Assembly (NCBI GenBank): GCA_013239625.1
Contig: MU053472.1
Coordinates: forward strand, 2,887,822-2,951,821
Reading direction: 5' to 3'
Source of the DNA: Lama guanicoe
Taxonomy: Eukaryota
Length of the DNA: 64,000 bases
Each line of letters starts with the position of its first letter. Position 1 is the stretch's first letter. Positions 16,404 through 31,199 of this stretch are shown here, in pieces. Both the position numbers and the translations under genes were made by a program. The notes beneath the pieces were generated by a model. The model made no database searches. It was not told the origin of the DNA and was given only the letters and a program-made list of their open reading frames with translations.

Positions 16404-19113
16404 TTACAGACAACTACTACTGAGTCACAAAGGTAATAACACTGTGACAGCTGCTTTCTTGTTGTCATAAAAAAAATAAACAAAAAGAAAAAAGAAAAAA
16501 TAGAGACCAGAAAAAAGAAGACACAGGGATGCTAAGCCACTTGAGGGTTCCTAAAATTTGGCCATTCTGTAATATAAGTAACTCCCTACTTCATACTGTC
16601 CAAACTCTAAATACTTTGCTACCATCCATTCTTAACATGGTACGGACTCGCCTAGAAGTAGTTTAAGGCACGTTCCTTTTAACTCAAGGATTTTTTTTTT
16701 AACAAGGATTTTTCAGTAATTTTAATTACATTTACATTCCTAGAGTTCAGATTATATACTCAATGAGGGGAGGAACTACTGAATCCTCGTACCTACTGAA
16801 TCCAACGTACCTAATAAAATGCAAAGTGTACAATAGGTGCTTAATAAATATGGCGTTGGTAAAGTGCAATTTCCAACCGCTTTTTGGCGAAGAGTCACCT
16901 ACCCTCACAGTCCTCCTAAAAAGTCACTTCCTCATAATGTTGGTCTACTTGTCCAAAAGCTGAATTTGTGTCAGCTGCCACAGAGAAAGGAAGCCCTCTA
17001 CTGTGCACCCACTCCTCTCCCCAGCACCAGAGGTGGTCACGCACTCCAGCCAGTAAGCGATTTATTTCACCTCCAACAACACTCGTCATACTATTTTCCC
17101 GTCTAAGTGTTTCTCAGTCACTACTCCACATGAGGAAAGGGACTTATCTTGAACTGTATTACAAGCACCAAACATTGTTTAGCACAGAGCAAACACTTAA
17201 TATTTGTTAAATAAATGAATGTGAGAAATTTCTGTCCCAAGAACAAGAATCGAATATAATTTGAGAACTCAGTTAGATAAGTAACATCTATTTGCCTGCT
17301 CTATTATTCTTTACGAGGAAAACGATGGAATTTTAACCTCCAAAACTTTTTCATTTCCACAGGGCTGACCTCCATCCTCAAAGGCCATCCTATATTGGCA
17401 ATGTGTCGTTCTACTCCATATTAAGACATCCCTTTTAAAAAAAGAAAGGAATTGCTTTCCTTACAGTCATCTGCATTCCTGACTCTCACCTTTAATACTT
17501 ACCTCCTAGGAAAAATAAGGAAATAAACAAACCCAGTTCTAACCATACTTCCTGAAGCTTCCTAATGAGCATCACCTTGATCTTCCCCAAACACCAAATC
17601 CATAGTTTCATATTCACTCTGCTTTTAGACTGTACTAGCAGATTTCTAGCAACCAGTACTTAAGATCTACAGGGGACAAAGAAGGTTCTCCTGTATTTTC
17701 TAAAGTACTCAGTTCTACCAAGTTCAGAATTTAAGCCAGATATTGGCAATAATGTCACCTTGATCACTTTCGAGTTTTCAACTAATAGAAACCACGCACT
17801 CATTCCTTCAGGGCTTACGTCCAGCTGTACTTGACTCTGATCAAAAGAACAGAGAAAAGTCCTGAGGCCTAAAGTTTACTGTAAACATCCATCTCCTTAC
17901 TCAAAGAAAATTTGTGGGGGAAAGGGAGGGGAATAATAAGTAAGGTCCCAGAATCAGAGTTATGAATATTAAGTATATATGGTGAAAATTATTCAAGATA
18001 CTTTGGCTTAACTTAAGCATTATCTTAAAAAACATCAGCATAGTAGCAGAAATAAAGTCTCTGGCTTAACAATTTTATGATTATAAAACAATCACTAACC
18101 TAGTTTATCAAAAGACCAATTCATTCTTGATTCTTCCAAGAGACACATGCCACTGAATAAATGAAAGCTACTGAATTTTTAAAGTCACTTTTGTGCCAGA
18201 CACTAACTGGTGTAGAAACACAATTAAACAAAGAAAAGCCCGTTTCCTAAGGGAGAACAGTGACTGAAGCAGTTAAGTGAGCAACTGTAAGTCACTGTGT
18301 AAGTGCCATGAGGAGGGCCACTTAAGATCTAGGGACATAAAGCACCTCACCAGGTGTAGAACTGAGGTAGGGGATGGACAGGTAGGGAAAGACTCCCTTT
18401 CTCTAGAGTACTTCCCTCCTCATACACATACCATTTTGTGGAAATTAACAGAGTAAAGGAGGAAAGAGCCTACCTACTTCCTTTGCTTACCATCTAAAAA
18501 AAATACTAATTTAGAGGAAAACTAGTAAAAGGCAAGACCAGTAACAGTACCGTTTTTAAAATTTTAACCTTTATTTTTAAGAAAAAAAGATATGCCCTGG
18601 CAGAATGTTGTAAATTACATTAGAATACTAAGAAAACAGAAAAAGGATCACTTGTGCTAGGTGGAGCGAAGAGGTTTATCAAGTGTGACAAATATGTTCC
18701 CTATCTAACTGGATGACTTTCCAGGTACCCCACAATAGCTACTGTAACGTATCACCTTCCAACATTACACATTTAGTGATAGTTACTGAAGAGTTAGGAA
18801 GAAAGATGTAGGAAGAATTCTCTTCCTTGTAGTTGGTAATTTGTCTCAGAGATCACAAGAAGAAGATCACCATAAAATGTCTACAGCCTATCAAATGTGA
18901 CCCTAACAGTTTCTTTCCATGAAGAGGCACTTCTTTTGTAACAGAGACAAAAATACGATCTTAGGTGGTGATGCTGTATGCCAGTTTCCCTCTCTGAGAC
19001 AGGACTAAAGAGAGACTGTATCATATGCTTCTGCATTTTTAGGCATAGATTATTTTCTGACATCCAAAGTTACCATTCACTTTTTGAAAAAAAGCTGACA
19101 GTAATAAGTGCTA

Positions 19114-19374
<261 letters not shown>

Positions 19375-19754
19375 TTATTCCAAGTCCATTTTAGAGATGG
19401 TGAAACTCTAGAACTTTGACAAGAGGTTGACAAGAAAATTAAAAGCTAGTATTTATGGTTTCCTCATTTTTATAGCAAATTCAAATATGGGATAACCCCA
19501 TGCTCTTCCATAAAACACAAGAATATTAATAAATTATATACAAGAGAAAACATGACTCTGAAAAACTTAGGATAACCCAATTTACACACTACATGAAAAT
19601 AAGAGTATTACTTCGTAAAGTTTCACTAGTAAACTTTACTTTTGGATAAATGGTACTCTTTTAAGCACCACTTAAATGATACTGACTGTGAGTAGTAGTT
19701 TTTGAATGAATTGTGTTAAGAGGAGAGATCTTAAAATTCCATTTGTTTTGCTTA

Positions 19755-19895
<141 letters not shown>

Positions 19896-19899
19896 CTAT

Positions 19900-20540
19900 C
19901 ATCAACCGCTGAAAGGATAATAGCAGCTTTATTTGTAGCCCCAAACTGGAAACAACCAAAATGTCTCACAAAAGGTGAACATTAAACTATATGGTACAAT
20001 CACACCATAAAATACCCTCAGTAATAAAATGAACTTTTTAAAAAACTGAAGTACAGTTAGTTACAACGTGTCGATTTCTGGTGCACAGCACAATGTCCCA
20101 GTCACACATATACATACATATATCATGGACATTATGCCCACTGGGAACAACAACAAAAAAGCCAATCTCAAAAGATTACATATTATATTCTTCTATTTAT
20201 ATAGCATTCTTGAAGAGACAAAATTACACAAATTTACAGAGTAAATCAGTGACTGTGAGGGGTTAGAGATGGTGAAGGAGAGGTAAATGGTTGTGATTAT
20301 AAAGGGGTAGCAAGAGGGAAATCTTTGTGGTGATGGAATAGTATGTATCTTGAATCTTGTCATGATGAAATGACACCAAATTATACAATTGTACTGATGT
20401 CAATTTCTGGTTTTTCTACTGTACAATATTTCTATGTAAGATGTAACCACTGGGGGAAACTAGATAAAGGGTACAGGATCTGTCCCTACTGTTTTTGTAG
20501 CTTCCTCTCAATGTATATTATCTTAAGACAAAAATTTTAT
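19900..20540 (+). mobile_element. Old L1 3' region (L1MB/MC-like)
   Basis: ccccaaactggaaacaaccaaaatgtc and later L1 3'UTR motifs. Confidence 0.65.
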
Positions 20541-21112
20541 AAAGTCAGTTGATTAGCTCAAACAATCACACCTCAATTTACCTTAAAGTAAGTACACAGA
20601 ATGGTAAAATAACCACAAAGGTACTTTTTCATGGCTTTCAATTATAATTTAGTATTCCCAAATAGAAATCTAACTTAAGTTATTAAATTCTTCTCTGCCC
20701 ATACCTACTTAAACACAGATTGAAAGCGTACACCTAAGCTGAGTTGTCCCTGTAATCATATACATCTCAGAAACTGGATGAGAACATTTTGGTTTAAAAT
20801 GTCTGACATTGCACATCAGTGAGCAAGGCAAAAGAAAGTGAATACTGTCAATGAAAGAGTGTCATATATTTTTGCTTAGTCATGTCAGGAATGGACTAAG
20901 ACAAAAAAGAAGTTCTCAAGATAAATAACCATATGAAAGTTACAGGGTCTCATCCCTAATTAGGATGATTAGCCATACTGAAAAGTTTATCTTCCTTCAA
21001 AAACCATGGCAGATCATGAAAGATAACACAACACATCAAACAGGCTCAAGAACTTATAAACTACTACAAAAATGATATGCAAGGTTTATTTCCAAGAGGA
21101 CTTTTAGAAAGA

Positions 21113-21602
21113 TGTCACAGCCTACCCTTGTCATCCCAGATTGGTAGGATCATTCCTTGGTTCGGGGATTCCCACTCTGAAATTTGAGGCAGAATTCTAA
21201 CTCTATGTGCATATATTCTCTCCCAGCTTACTGGCTATTGATTACCATATTTTACACAATCTCTATCTTGATTTTAAAAACTACTTACCATGAAAAATAC
21301 TGAGACTTCAGAGATTCTATTATGGCAGTGAGAACAAAGTCAACCTGAGCTTCGCGGGGCAGCAGCGCTAACTGGGGCATCCAGCAGTGCAGTCAGAGCA
21401 ATGGGTCCTCCGAGCTCTGTGGCAGGGTTTTTGGCTGGGGTCCTGGCTGCTGCCCATTTTCCCTCATTCTTCTTCATTGTACAAGCTTGGTTCAAAATGT
21501 TCCTAGCTATTATAAACTATCCATTATCTTTTCACTAAATTTTTTATGCTCTAATCAACCAGACTTTGTGCCTGTTGTCTGCAACTAAGAATCCTAACAT
21601 AA
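21113..21602 (+). mobile_element. Probable ancient ERVL/MaLR-type solo LTR
   Basis: Starts with TG; ends tgttgtctgcaactaagaatcctaac, typical of ERVL LTR 3' ends; more GC-rich than its flanks. Confidence 0.5.
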
Positions 21603-22018
21603 AAAGCACTTCATACTGTCCAGGTGATTTCAGTGCACAGTCAGGGTTGAGAAGCTCTGACTTAAGGCAGTGGTATTCACACTGTGATCCACATTCTGTC
21701 TAGTCACTTAAGAGTATATAAAATACACATTATGAGCTCCACTTACTGAATCAGACTCTAGACGGATGGCACACAAATGTGCATTTTAGCCATGCTAATG
21801 ATTCTTAAACTCAGTAAAGCTGAAAAACATCATATTAAGGCCTTTGGTAAAGGCAATGAAAATAAAGTCTTATTACAAACAGCTGATACACAAAAAAGTT
21901 GTTAAAGATTATTCATTTTAGACAAGTATCACTAGAAACAATTTCAACAAATTAAGTCACCACAAATCTGAATGTTAAAGAAAAATTAACAAGAAAAAGA
22001 GACAATATTTTGAAATTA

Positions 22019-22246
<228 letters not shown>

Positions 22247-22794
22247 CTACAAAAGATTGAGCAGAATAAAGTTTGATGACCCAATGAATCAGTAACTCTC
22301 AGATTCATCAACTAGTGAAACAATTAGAATGTTTTCTCATCTTTAGCAGGATTTCTAATTCTTTATTAGTTCTCTCAATGAAGATTTGATACCTCTTAAT
22401 TTAAAACTTAGTTGCAAACATTATCTCATTAAAGCTTAACATGAATGTTTCACATGTGCCTCATTTACAACCATCTTTTTACACTATCTTAAAAAAAAGG
22501 GATATAGGAGTACATGTTCTGCAGTAAATGTCGACAGTAAATTCCAAATCATTCATGTAAGAATTTAAGATCCACTCAACCTGCAATTAAGACCTAAAAA
22601 CACTTGGTAAGAGTACTCTGAACTGTATGTCAGTATAAAAGTAATGAGCCAGCAATGTTAACTTCTTAAAAATAAAAAAAGAAAGGAAAAAAAAGTCTTC
22701 CAAAATAAGTCAGATTTGCAAAGAAGACCTAATTTCAAAACAAACTGCATTCTGGGCACATTAATTCTCTAGGCCTTTTCTTTAATAAAAACTA

Positions 22795-23094
<300 letters not shown>

Positions 23095-24485
23095 TTATGA
23101 ATCACTAAGAAAGCAAAGTTCAGGATAAATTACTATCTAGCTGGACTAGACTAGCTCTACAGCAAAATCTGTAACTTCCAAACAAAATGGTTCTATCTTG
23201 AGACCACTAACCAACTACGGAAGTCACACTGACAGAGCCACAACCACTGAAGAGACAGCTAAGACTGAGTAAACCATCTACATCTGAAGCAGAAACTCTA
23301 CAACCACTAATAAAGACATTTTAAACATAGCATAACTTCCAAGGACTTCTAAATCCCAACTAAAAATGAGTCTAAAGAACAGCTCACTTAACAATGATGG
23401 TAATCAAAGGTTGTAATCTTCATACTTAAGAATGTTTACCCATAAACTTAATTAGTTGTAGGTACATTGAACAAAGCAAATCTGATTCAAGCCCATGGGG
23501 AAAATGTCTACTCTTGAAAAAGCAGTCGTTCCCCATCCAACTAAATCTCGTGGGAACTTCTTGGAAGAGAATCTACTTCAACTCTGCCTTGTACCACTAG
23601 CACATAAGAGAAGTGCATGCTACATTTAACTGGTTTAAGATACAAAGGGAAAGTAGAGGTGCTATAGGAAAGGACAGGGAGACAAAGGAGAGTTTCAGAT
23701 GTTGTTAGTCTACTGGAGGTAAGAACAAAGTTCAAGCTTCATCCAAGTAAGACAGCAAACATTCAGTAAAAGGATGAAATTTGCCTTGAATGTTAACAGT
23801 TCACCGAGTCAGATGCAAAGGCTTGCACTTATAATTTGAAATCCATCACAGTCCGAAAAGTAATTTGATTTAAATTAACAGAGGTCAAAGTTCACAGTTG
23901 TCACTAGGCTATCTAATCCAGATTAGTCCTCAGAGACTAAAGAAAACTCCATTCCTGAGCCACAGAGAATCTGGCTCCTGAAGAACCAAAATGAAGCTGG
24001 TATAGGGGTAGAGGTGGAGAGGGATGGGAGGGGACACAAAACATACAGCTTTGTATCATGACCCTTCTTACTACATGGGTAAAAACTTCTTCCATAAAAC
24101 AAAGAGTGTTATTCCCATCCCACACAATATGTAAACCACAATCAGACTTGAAAAATTGTGAGAGTTATAGTCCTGTTTATAAAAAGAAACCAAGGGGTTT
24201 GAAATTGGATTCAGAAGGAAGCAGTATTTGGGAATGATTTGCTTTCCTTTGCTGCCTTCCTCAGCCTCGAGAATTGCACTTTTTATTCTTTACATGAAAG
24301 TGATTGGAGTGTATGTATGGAGGGTGGCTCGGGGAGGGCAAGGGATGACAGCTTAACTCTACAGTGTAGACATACACGCACAAATCTATAATGCTATTAT
24401 TGTACAATGCTCTGAAAATCTTTTCAATGTATTCTTTTTATATAACAGGACAATAACTAATACAATCTAATTTAAGATAACTCAC

Positions 24486-24488
24486 CAT
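24486..24488 (-). CDS. CLTC: Candidate 3-nt alternative microexon (ATG) of CLTC; inserts Asp between K83 and A84
   Basis: Minus strand reads cttaat-gctttcttatgtgtgcag|ATG|gtgagt: branch-point-like motif, UGC-containing pyrimidine tract, AG, then a consensus donor. It preserves frame in this phase-1 intron. Confidence 0.7.
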
Positions 24489-25706
24489 CTGCACACATAA
24501 GAAAGCATTAAGAAATGTGATAAAATAACAATAACATTAAAAATAGAAAAGAATTTTGAGAAAATTAAAATGATGGTCTTTTAAGAGGTGAGGGAGCTGC
24601 TAAGCAGTTGAATTTAAATTCTTTAAGGAGGCTGAAGGGAGCTTAATACCTTAAAGTGTAGTAATGTATTATTTAATAGAAGCAAAAAGCTTACTGTCAC
24701 AAAATAAGTGGTCCCAGGTAAAAGCTGGGCTATGAGATGAGATCAAGGCCTATCTTGGATTATAATGGCGACTTACTTGTTTAAATACGCTTGTTCCCCA
24801 TACCTCCCCCAATATCTCCAACCAGTGTTACTACTAAATACAAAGTGTAAATCATGTAAACAAAAGTCTGTTTAAAAATCTCAGCACCTCTAACAACTCA
24901 CTCACAAATTCATCAAAAAATTACTGGGAATCTGAACTCTTCCTCCTACTACCAAGAAGAAAAACAACAAAGCAAAAAACAGGCAATTAAATGCCTTTTT
25001 TAGATTCAGCAGGTTTGCTACCTAGCCCTCTCAAAAACTTCTGCTTTAAAGGTTCAATTATACTTTCAGTCTAAAGTCCAAAGGAAAAAAGTTAGGCTCC
25101 CAGACAGTATGAGGTTCTCTGTACTCTTGTTTAGACTGACAGGTTGTACAGTTACCTACTGTGACAATTAATAAGTTAGTCTGAATAAACTATGACATCC
25201 TTGATTCCAAAGCTTTAATACCCATCTCTTTACACTTAAAAATTAGTGTAAATTCAAGCCATTTTTAGAACTTGATAATCTAGATGAAATGCAAGCCTGA
25301 AGTATAGAAAAGGCACAGCATAAACAGCAAGTTTATCATCACAGCAAACTTCTGTAATATTTAGGTGCTAATCCTAGTAAAGTATACTTTATTCTAGAAT
25401 ATGAATCACTAATTTCTTATGTCTACTGTATACAGAGTTACGTTTTTAGCACAATCTTCTCACACTGTAGGTATAAAATTTAAATTCATTTAATCTAAAA
25501 CTTAAAAATTTCCAAGTAGATCTATGCTGAGTAGAAAGTAAGACATCTCACAAGAAAGAAGCCAACTAAGTCATGAAAGGAGTTAAAAATCAAATTCAGT
25601 AACAGCTTTAACTCTGCAGATCTATTTAACCAAACTTAATCAACATACTAAAACTAGAAGATCTTAATTACTGTATTTGAATAAATGGTACACAGGAAGA
25701 GTTTTA

Positions 25707-26033
<327 letters not shown>

Positions 26034-29000
26034 TCATTTAACAATTATTGCTTCCAGGTCAACAGGGACAATTGCATTACACTGATTCAAGTGAGGCGAT
26101 TAATATAATGGACCTTCTATCTTCCAACAAATACAGCATTCAATTCTTTTGTTATAACCTTGTAGTTATAACTAGAGATGTATAATCCTATGGTTGTAAC
26201 TAAGAGGTAGAATAAACAGACATAAAGGAAAGAGTTACATCAGAGAGCTTGCCTTTATGAGCCAAGGGACTTGAGGTCATCAGTGTTACCCGGTTTAAGA
26301 TCTTTGAACTATTGGATCTATCCTCTCTAATCCTTTTAACACTTAATAGTTAACTTATTCACATACATTGGACTTCAGAAATCTGAAAATTAAATTACAG
26401 CATAAAATGAGACATTTAAAAATTTCACAGAATTCTTGATCTAAAGGAACTTGGACTAGCCAGATAAAAGTTACAATACTCTACAGAAGTGCCAAAACAA
26501 AGATATGTAACAGAGATCTGGTTGAAGGCGGCCAACAGCTAAGGGAGTATGTTCAAGGGAGGTCTCTAGAGAATGCTCAACAGGAGAAGGACAAATGCTA
26601 AGGCCTAGAGATGTGAAAGTGTGGTCTACTAACGTAACTGCAAGAACTTTTGTAATACTAGGAGTATAGGTTACGGAAGGTTTGCAAGGTAGAGAATTAA
26701 GGTTATGAACACAAGAAAGGGCTAGAATGATAAGCTAAATGCACCCCAGTAAGAATCCCGAATTTATTCTACAGGCAAAGGAAACTACTTAAGGATTTTA
26801 ACAACGAAAATAATGGAATCAGATTTGCCTGTGTACTCAGAAGCTATTAAAGTATTTGCTAAACAAAAATATAGGATCTAAAGATGAGACTCTGAAAACT
26901 AGTTAACTGTGTAAGAACAAAAGGCACTTGTTACAGGGAGAGCTCTAAGACAGTAGGTCATTTCTCTGGGTGACTGTTCAACAGATTTAGGCTACCGGAA
27001 GGCTTTATTAGCTTTGGCCAGCCTAGGTTTTGTTTTGTTTTTCTTTCCTTTCCTCCAATAGGTAACAAATTCATATGGAACAAAATACAAACAAGAATGA
27101 AAAAGCCCAGGAAAAAAAAAATCAAGTCTTCCTCTTGCCTTTGTCTTCCAAATATCCAGTTTCTCTCCCCAGCAACCACCACTGTCACTACTCTTTTATG
27201 ATCTGGCCAAACCTAGTAAACGGTATTTTACTTAAATTCTTTTGCCAAACTGTACTGTTAATAGTGCTTAACCATAACCAGGCCTGGATCTGAATGAGAT
27301 ACAACATAAGATTAAGAGACTACATTTTACTTTCACTTCCCTCATATTTCAATGACTGCACAGGCACAGCCAATTACACAGTGTAGTTAGAGTAACTTAG
27401 TCACTGAATACCATGGCAAGGAGTCAAACAATTTTCTAACTATTAATAAAACATGGTAATCAAGTAGAAGATTAACTAGCTTTACAAGCTCAAGCATATG
27501 CTGCAAAGCAAGGCAAGTATACTAGCTATGAGATCTGTAACTTATAAATGAGTTTGGTTACAATAAAACTTTATGAATTATCAATTTTCATTTCTCCTAA
27601 CTTTAACTCTTATAGTGACTTTTAGTTTCAGAACTAACGGGGGAAGGTAAAAATAAGTGGTTCTCAACATACGGGGTCAGTGTAGGGGCCGCAGGGAAGC
27701 CTTGTACTACCAAGCTGTCTAATTTCAGGGGAGGTGGACGTTTTTCTAAGTAGACCAGTCCTCAGACTCTTTTAAGTTCAGTTGATATTTACTTTTCCAT
27801 AATTAAAGAAAACATTGCAATAGCTCATAGAACTCCCAGAAGTACATATATAAAGGCAAAAAGTTACCTTCTAAACTACTCTGTAAAATAAGAATTCTTC
27901 GTTTCTGAGTCACTCCAGAGCATTCACCTAAGACAATTTTGAGTCTCAGCTGCCACACCTTAAATCTTACAGTGTCTGATAAAAAGCAAAAATAGTGGCT
28001 AGTCAAGCAGTAAAATTAAAAGTAAAACAAGGATGCAAAGCACAAACACTACTAACTGAACCCACAAATGATTCTAATAGATTCTTTTTTATCCCTCCAC
28101 ATAAGAGGCAGCTACAAGACAACTGTAAGAGAAGAACACACTATTAGAAAAGACAGTAGAGGAGGAAAAAAGGAAAATCAAGAAATCTGTTTCTTATTCT
28201 CTGACAGAACTCCAGATATATGCACCCAGAAAAGCACGTCATCAAAAGTGAGCACTGACCTTCAGTCTCAGAGCCGTTTTATTTGCAGAAAAGGCAAAGA
28301 TTTGGTTCAAAATGGATGGGGATTCTGCACTTCTTGCAATCTATGTAATCCCTATAATTCTTTTTTCATTAAACACATTCTACCAAGAAAGCTATGCATA
28401 GAAATTTTTAGTATTCTCTATCAAGATGTACTAGCACTCAAAAAAAAAAAAAAAGGAATGTACCAGGACTATTCAAAATACTCCACATGAAACAGACTTA
28501 ACACCTTCTACTTAAAAAACAAAATTAAATAAGAGGGAGATGGCAAACTCTTATTACCAATCTACATGTTTAAACATTTCAAGAAGTACACTTAAGCAAT
28601 GCCCATTTACACAACTAAATAGGAAACTGCTCCTTCCTAAAAATCCTCTCCCAGTTGTTAGGATAAGCAACAGAACTTCAAGTGATCTATTCCTACTAGA
28701 TAAAAGAAAGTTACATTTGTTTCCTCTTTTTCAAATAAGGTCAATAAGAATTTTCACTTAGTGGTGATACTTTTCAGTGAGAATCGCCAGAGCACTCACC
28801 AATTCTTCCCATATTTTTCTATGATATATTCAAAAGGGAAACAGCGCAAAACACGCAGTCATAGGGCAGTCACCACCATTAACCACAATTCTGGCTTAGA
28901 AGCACTCTTAAAATAGGATCATGTAAGAGGGTTATCATACTAGACGACTGTGTCTAGTAACAGTTACACAGATTAAAACTTTAAAACACATGTTTTTAAA

Positions 29001-29751
29001 CAAGTTTCATTTTCAAAGGAGCACATACTAATCATAAAATATTCTAGTCAATTATAAAGGTCTGATGGTGCATCGACTATCTACCACAGAAACTGAATTA
29101 CAGACTGTGGAACAAAACACTAATAAATTCACAGGACACAGAAGAGTCTCCAAACTTGCAGCTATTTTCAGAGAATACACAATAATATCCAAATTCCAGC
29201 CACAGTTTTTCTTCTCTGAACTGGCAAAGTGTTGCTACTGTTGAAGCCAAGAATATTCTATTTTGAGATATACTTGGAAGTTTCCATAATAAAGTGGATT
29301 ATTTTTAAATTCCAAATAACTTTTTTTGGCTGTTATAAAATAAGGATATGGAGTCAATAAATTTAGGTCCAAGGAAAGGGGTTACTTTCTTTTGAATAGT
29401 TATTACATGCATATGGCAAAGAATTCATACTACACAAAAGGGTCTAAGTACTATGAAGTCACCCACTCCACGTTTCCAGTAATACCTCTCTCCCCCTAGC
29501 AATTAGAAATAATTTTCCATCTTAGATATTCTATGTATATATGAAAATACGTATTTTCATTCTCCCTTTTTAAAAAACATTAACAGCGCATGCACAAAAG
29601 CACACAAATTATCAACTGCTCCCATTTTAAAGAAAGCTACCTGTACTTTGTAGTTCATTCAGTTTCCAGGCTAGATTGTGGACACTGGTCTGCACGTAGC
29701 ATGACTGTTAAGACTTGACACTTAAGTCTAGTTCAAATTCCAAAAAATAAG

Positions 29752-29887
29752 TAGTCATCCCTTGATATCTGCTGGGGATTGGTTCTAGGACCCCCCCAAA
29801 CCCCCAAACACCAAAAACCCATAGATGCTCAAAAGTCCTTTATATGGATGAGAAATTGTGGCTGCTGTGGAGGGGAGGGCTGACTGT
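29752..29887. mobile_element. Internally deleted MER2-like (Tigger) element
   Basis: gtcatcccttgatatctgctggggattggttctaggacccc ... gagggctgactgta ends. Confidence 0.6.
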
Positions 29888-31199
29888 AAACTGATTTAAC
29901 ATTAATCAGCACAACCAAAACTCTGGAGTGCCCTGGAATTAGTTTACAAATGATACAAAAATGCCTTTTCCTCTCGTTCCCTCCTCACCCCAATTTGGAT
30001 TAACATGCTAGGGAAAAAAGACACTGCATTCTTAGTTCTGTAGAGAGAAATAATACTTCAGATTCTCCAAATCTAAAGAACACAGAGGTTCTTCATTCAA
30101 GTAGACAATTACTGTGGAAATGTACGGCTGTGATTATAAAGTACAAGTGCTATCCAGAGTTAGTTCTGTGGACTTCCCATAAGAGCCAAGATGTATGGGT
30201 TTAGTCCTAGTTTTGCCACATAAATGATCACGGGTAAATCAATTATCCCTGCATATCCGTCTCCTCATCTGAAATGATAGTACATCTTCCACATGAAGAT
30301 TTAATGCCTGCCTGACTCATACTAAAGCCTCAATAGACACTCCTAGTACATGTAACACATCAGTACTTAGGCCAGCTCACAGTTAGCTCTTTTTTTCATA
30401 TTTGCATTTTATTATCTGCTTAATTCAGCTGTCCTAGAAGTTGATTGAAACCCTGGGTGTGAATTTCTGTTGACTACTGATAAAAGATTACCGGTCTCTG
30501 GGTGTTTAACTTACTCAAAACACCGAAATTTGTTTTTTGTTTCTGAGAAAAGGAAATCATTCTTTAAAACTTCCAATTCTGCCCTTTAATTTGCCTAACT
30601 AAAGTTAGGTAGAGACTGGAATCTTTTAACACCATGTAACATGGAATCACGTAACATTTTCATGGTAAGCAACCCTATTTTATTTCAATTCTTGTTTTTA
30701 GGGGCAACATGAAACAGTACTGTTAAGACTTTCTAACAAACTTGGCAAATACGTTTCCTACACCTTCGCTGAAGGAGCAAGCTGGGGAAGCTAATGCAAA
30801 CAGACGGCATATGGTCAGTAGCACCAAAAATTCTCTTCACCCTGAAGAGCTCAAGACTAAGAAATAGAAGGTGAAATGGAAAGCAGACACAGCGTTTTGC
30901 CCTCCATGTGAAAAGTTGAAGCCACATGGTTCAAAGACAGACACACACTGTCTCTCTGTCCCCTATACTCTACCTTGCCAAAACCAAAATTTCCTCATCT
31001 GCCCATGTCCCACAATTTCAGGTCAATTTATCCAACTAAATTTTAAGCTCCTCAAATAAAAGAACTTTCTTAAAGAATGAAAGTCTCTTCCATCTCTGCT
31101 TTTCAATATGCCTGAAGTTCTTGAGGCCAGAATCCTCCTACAGAGGACAACATTCTTTTCCATACACATACTGTTAATTATTTTCAGGACAATTAGATT

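Noticed and set aside
28068..28490. 140-aa antisense ORF in CLTC intron 1
   Set aside because: Runs through a poly(A) tract, has no recognisable domain and no promoter context.
28800..28818. Possible 19-nt cryptic exon in intron 1 (catag|...|gtgagt)
   Set aside because: The donor is good, but the pyrimidine tract next to the AG is poor; such pseudo-sites are common.
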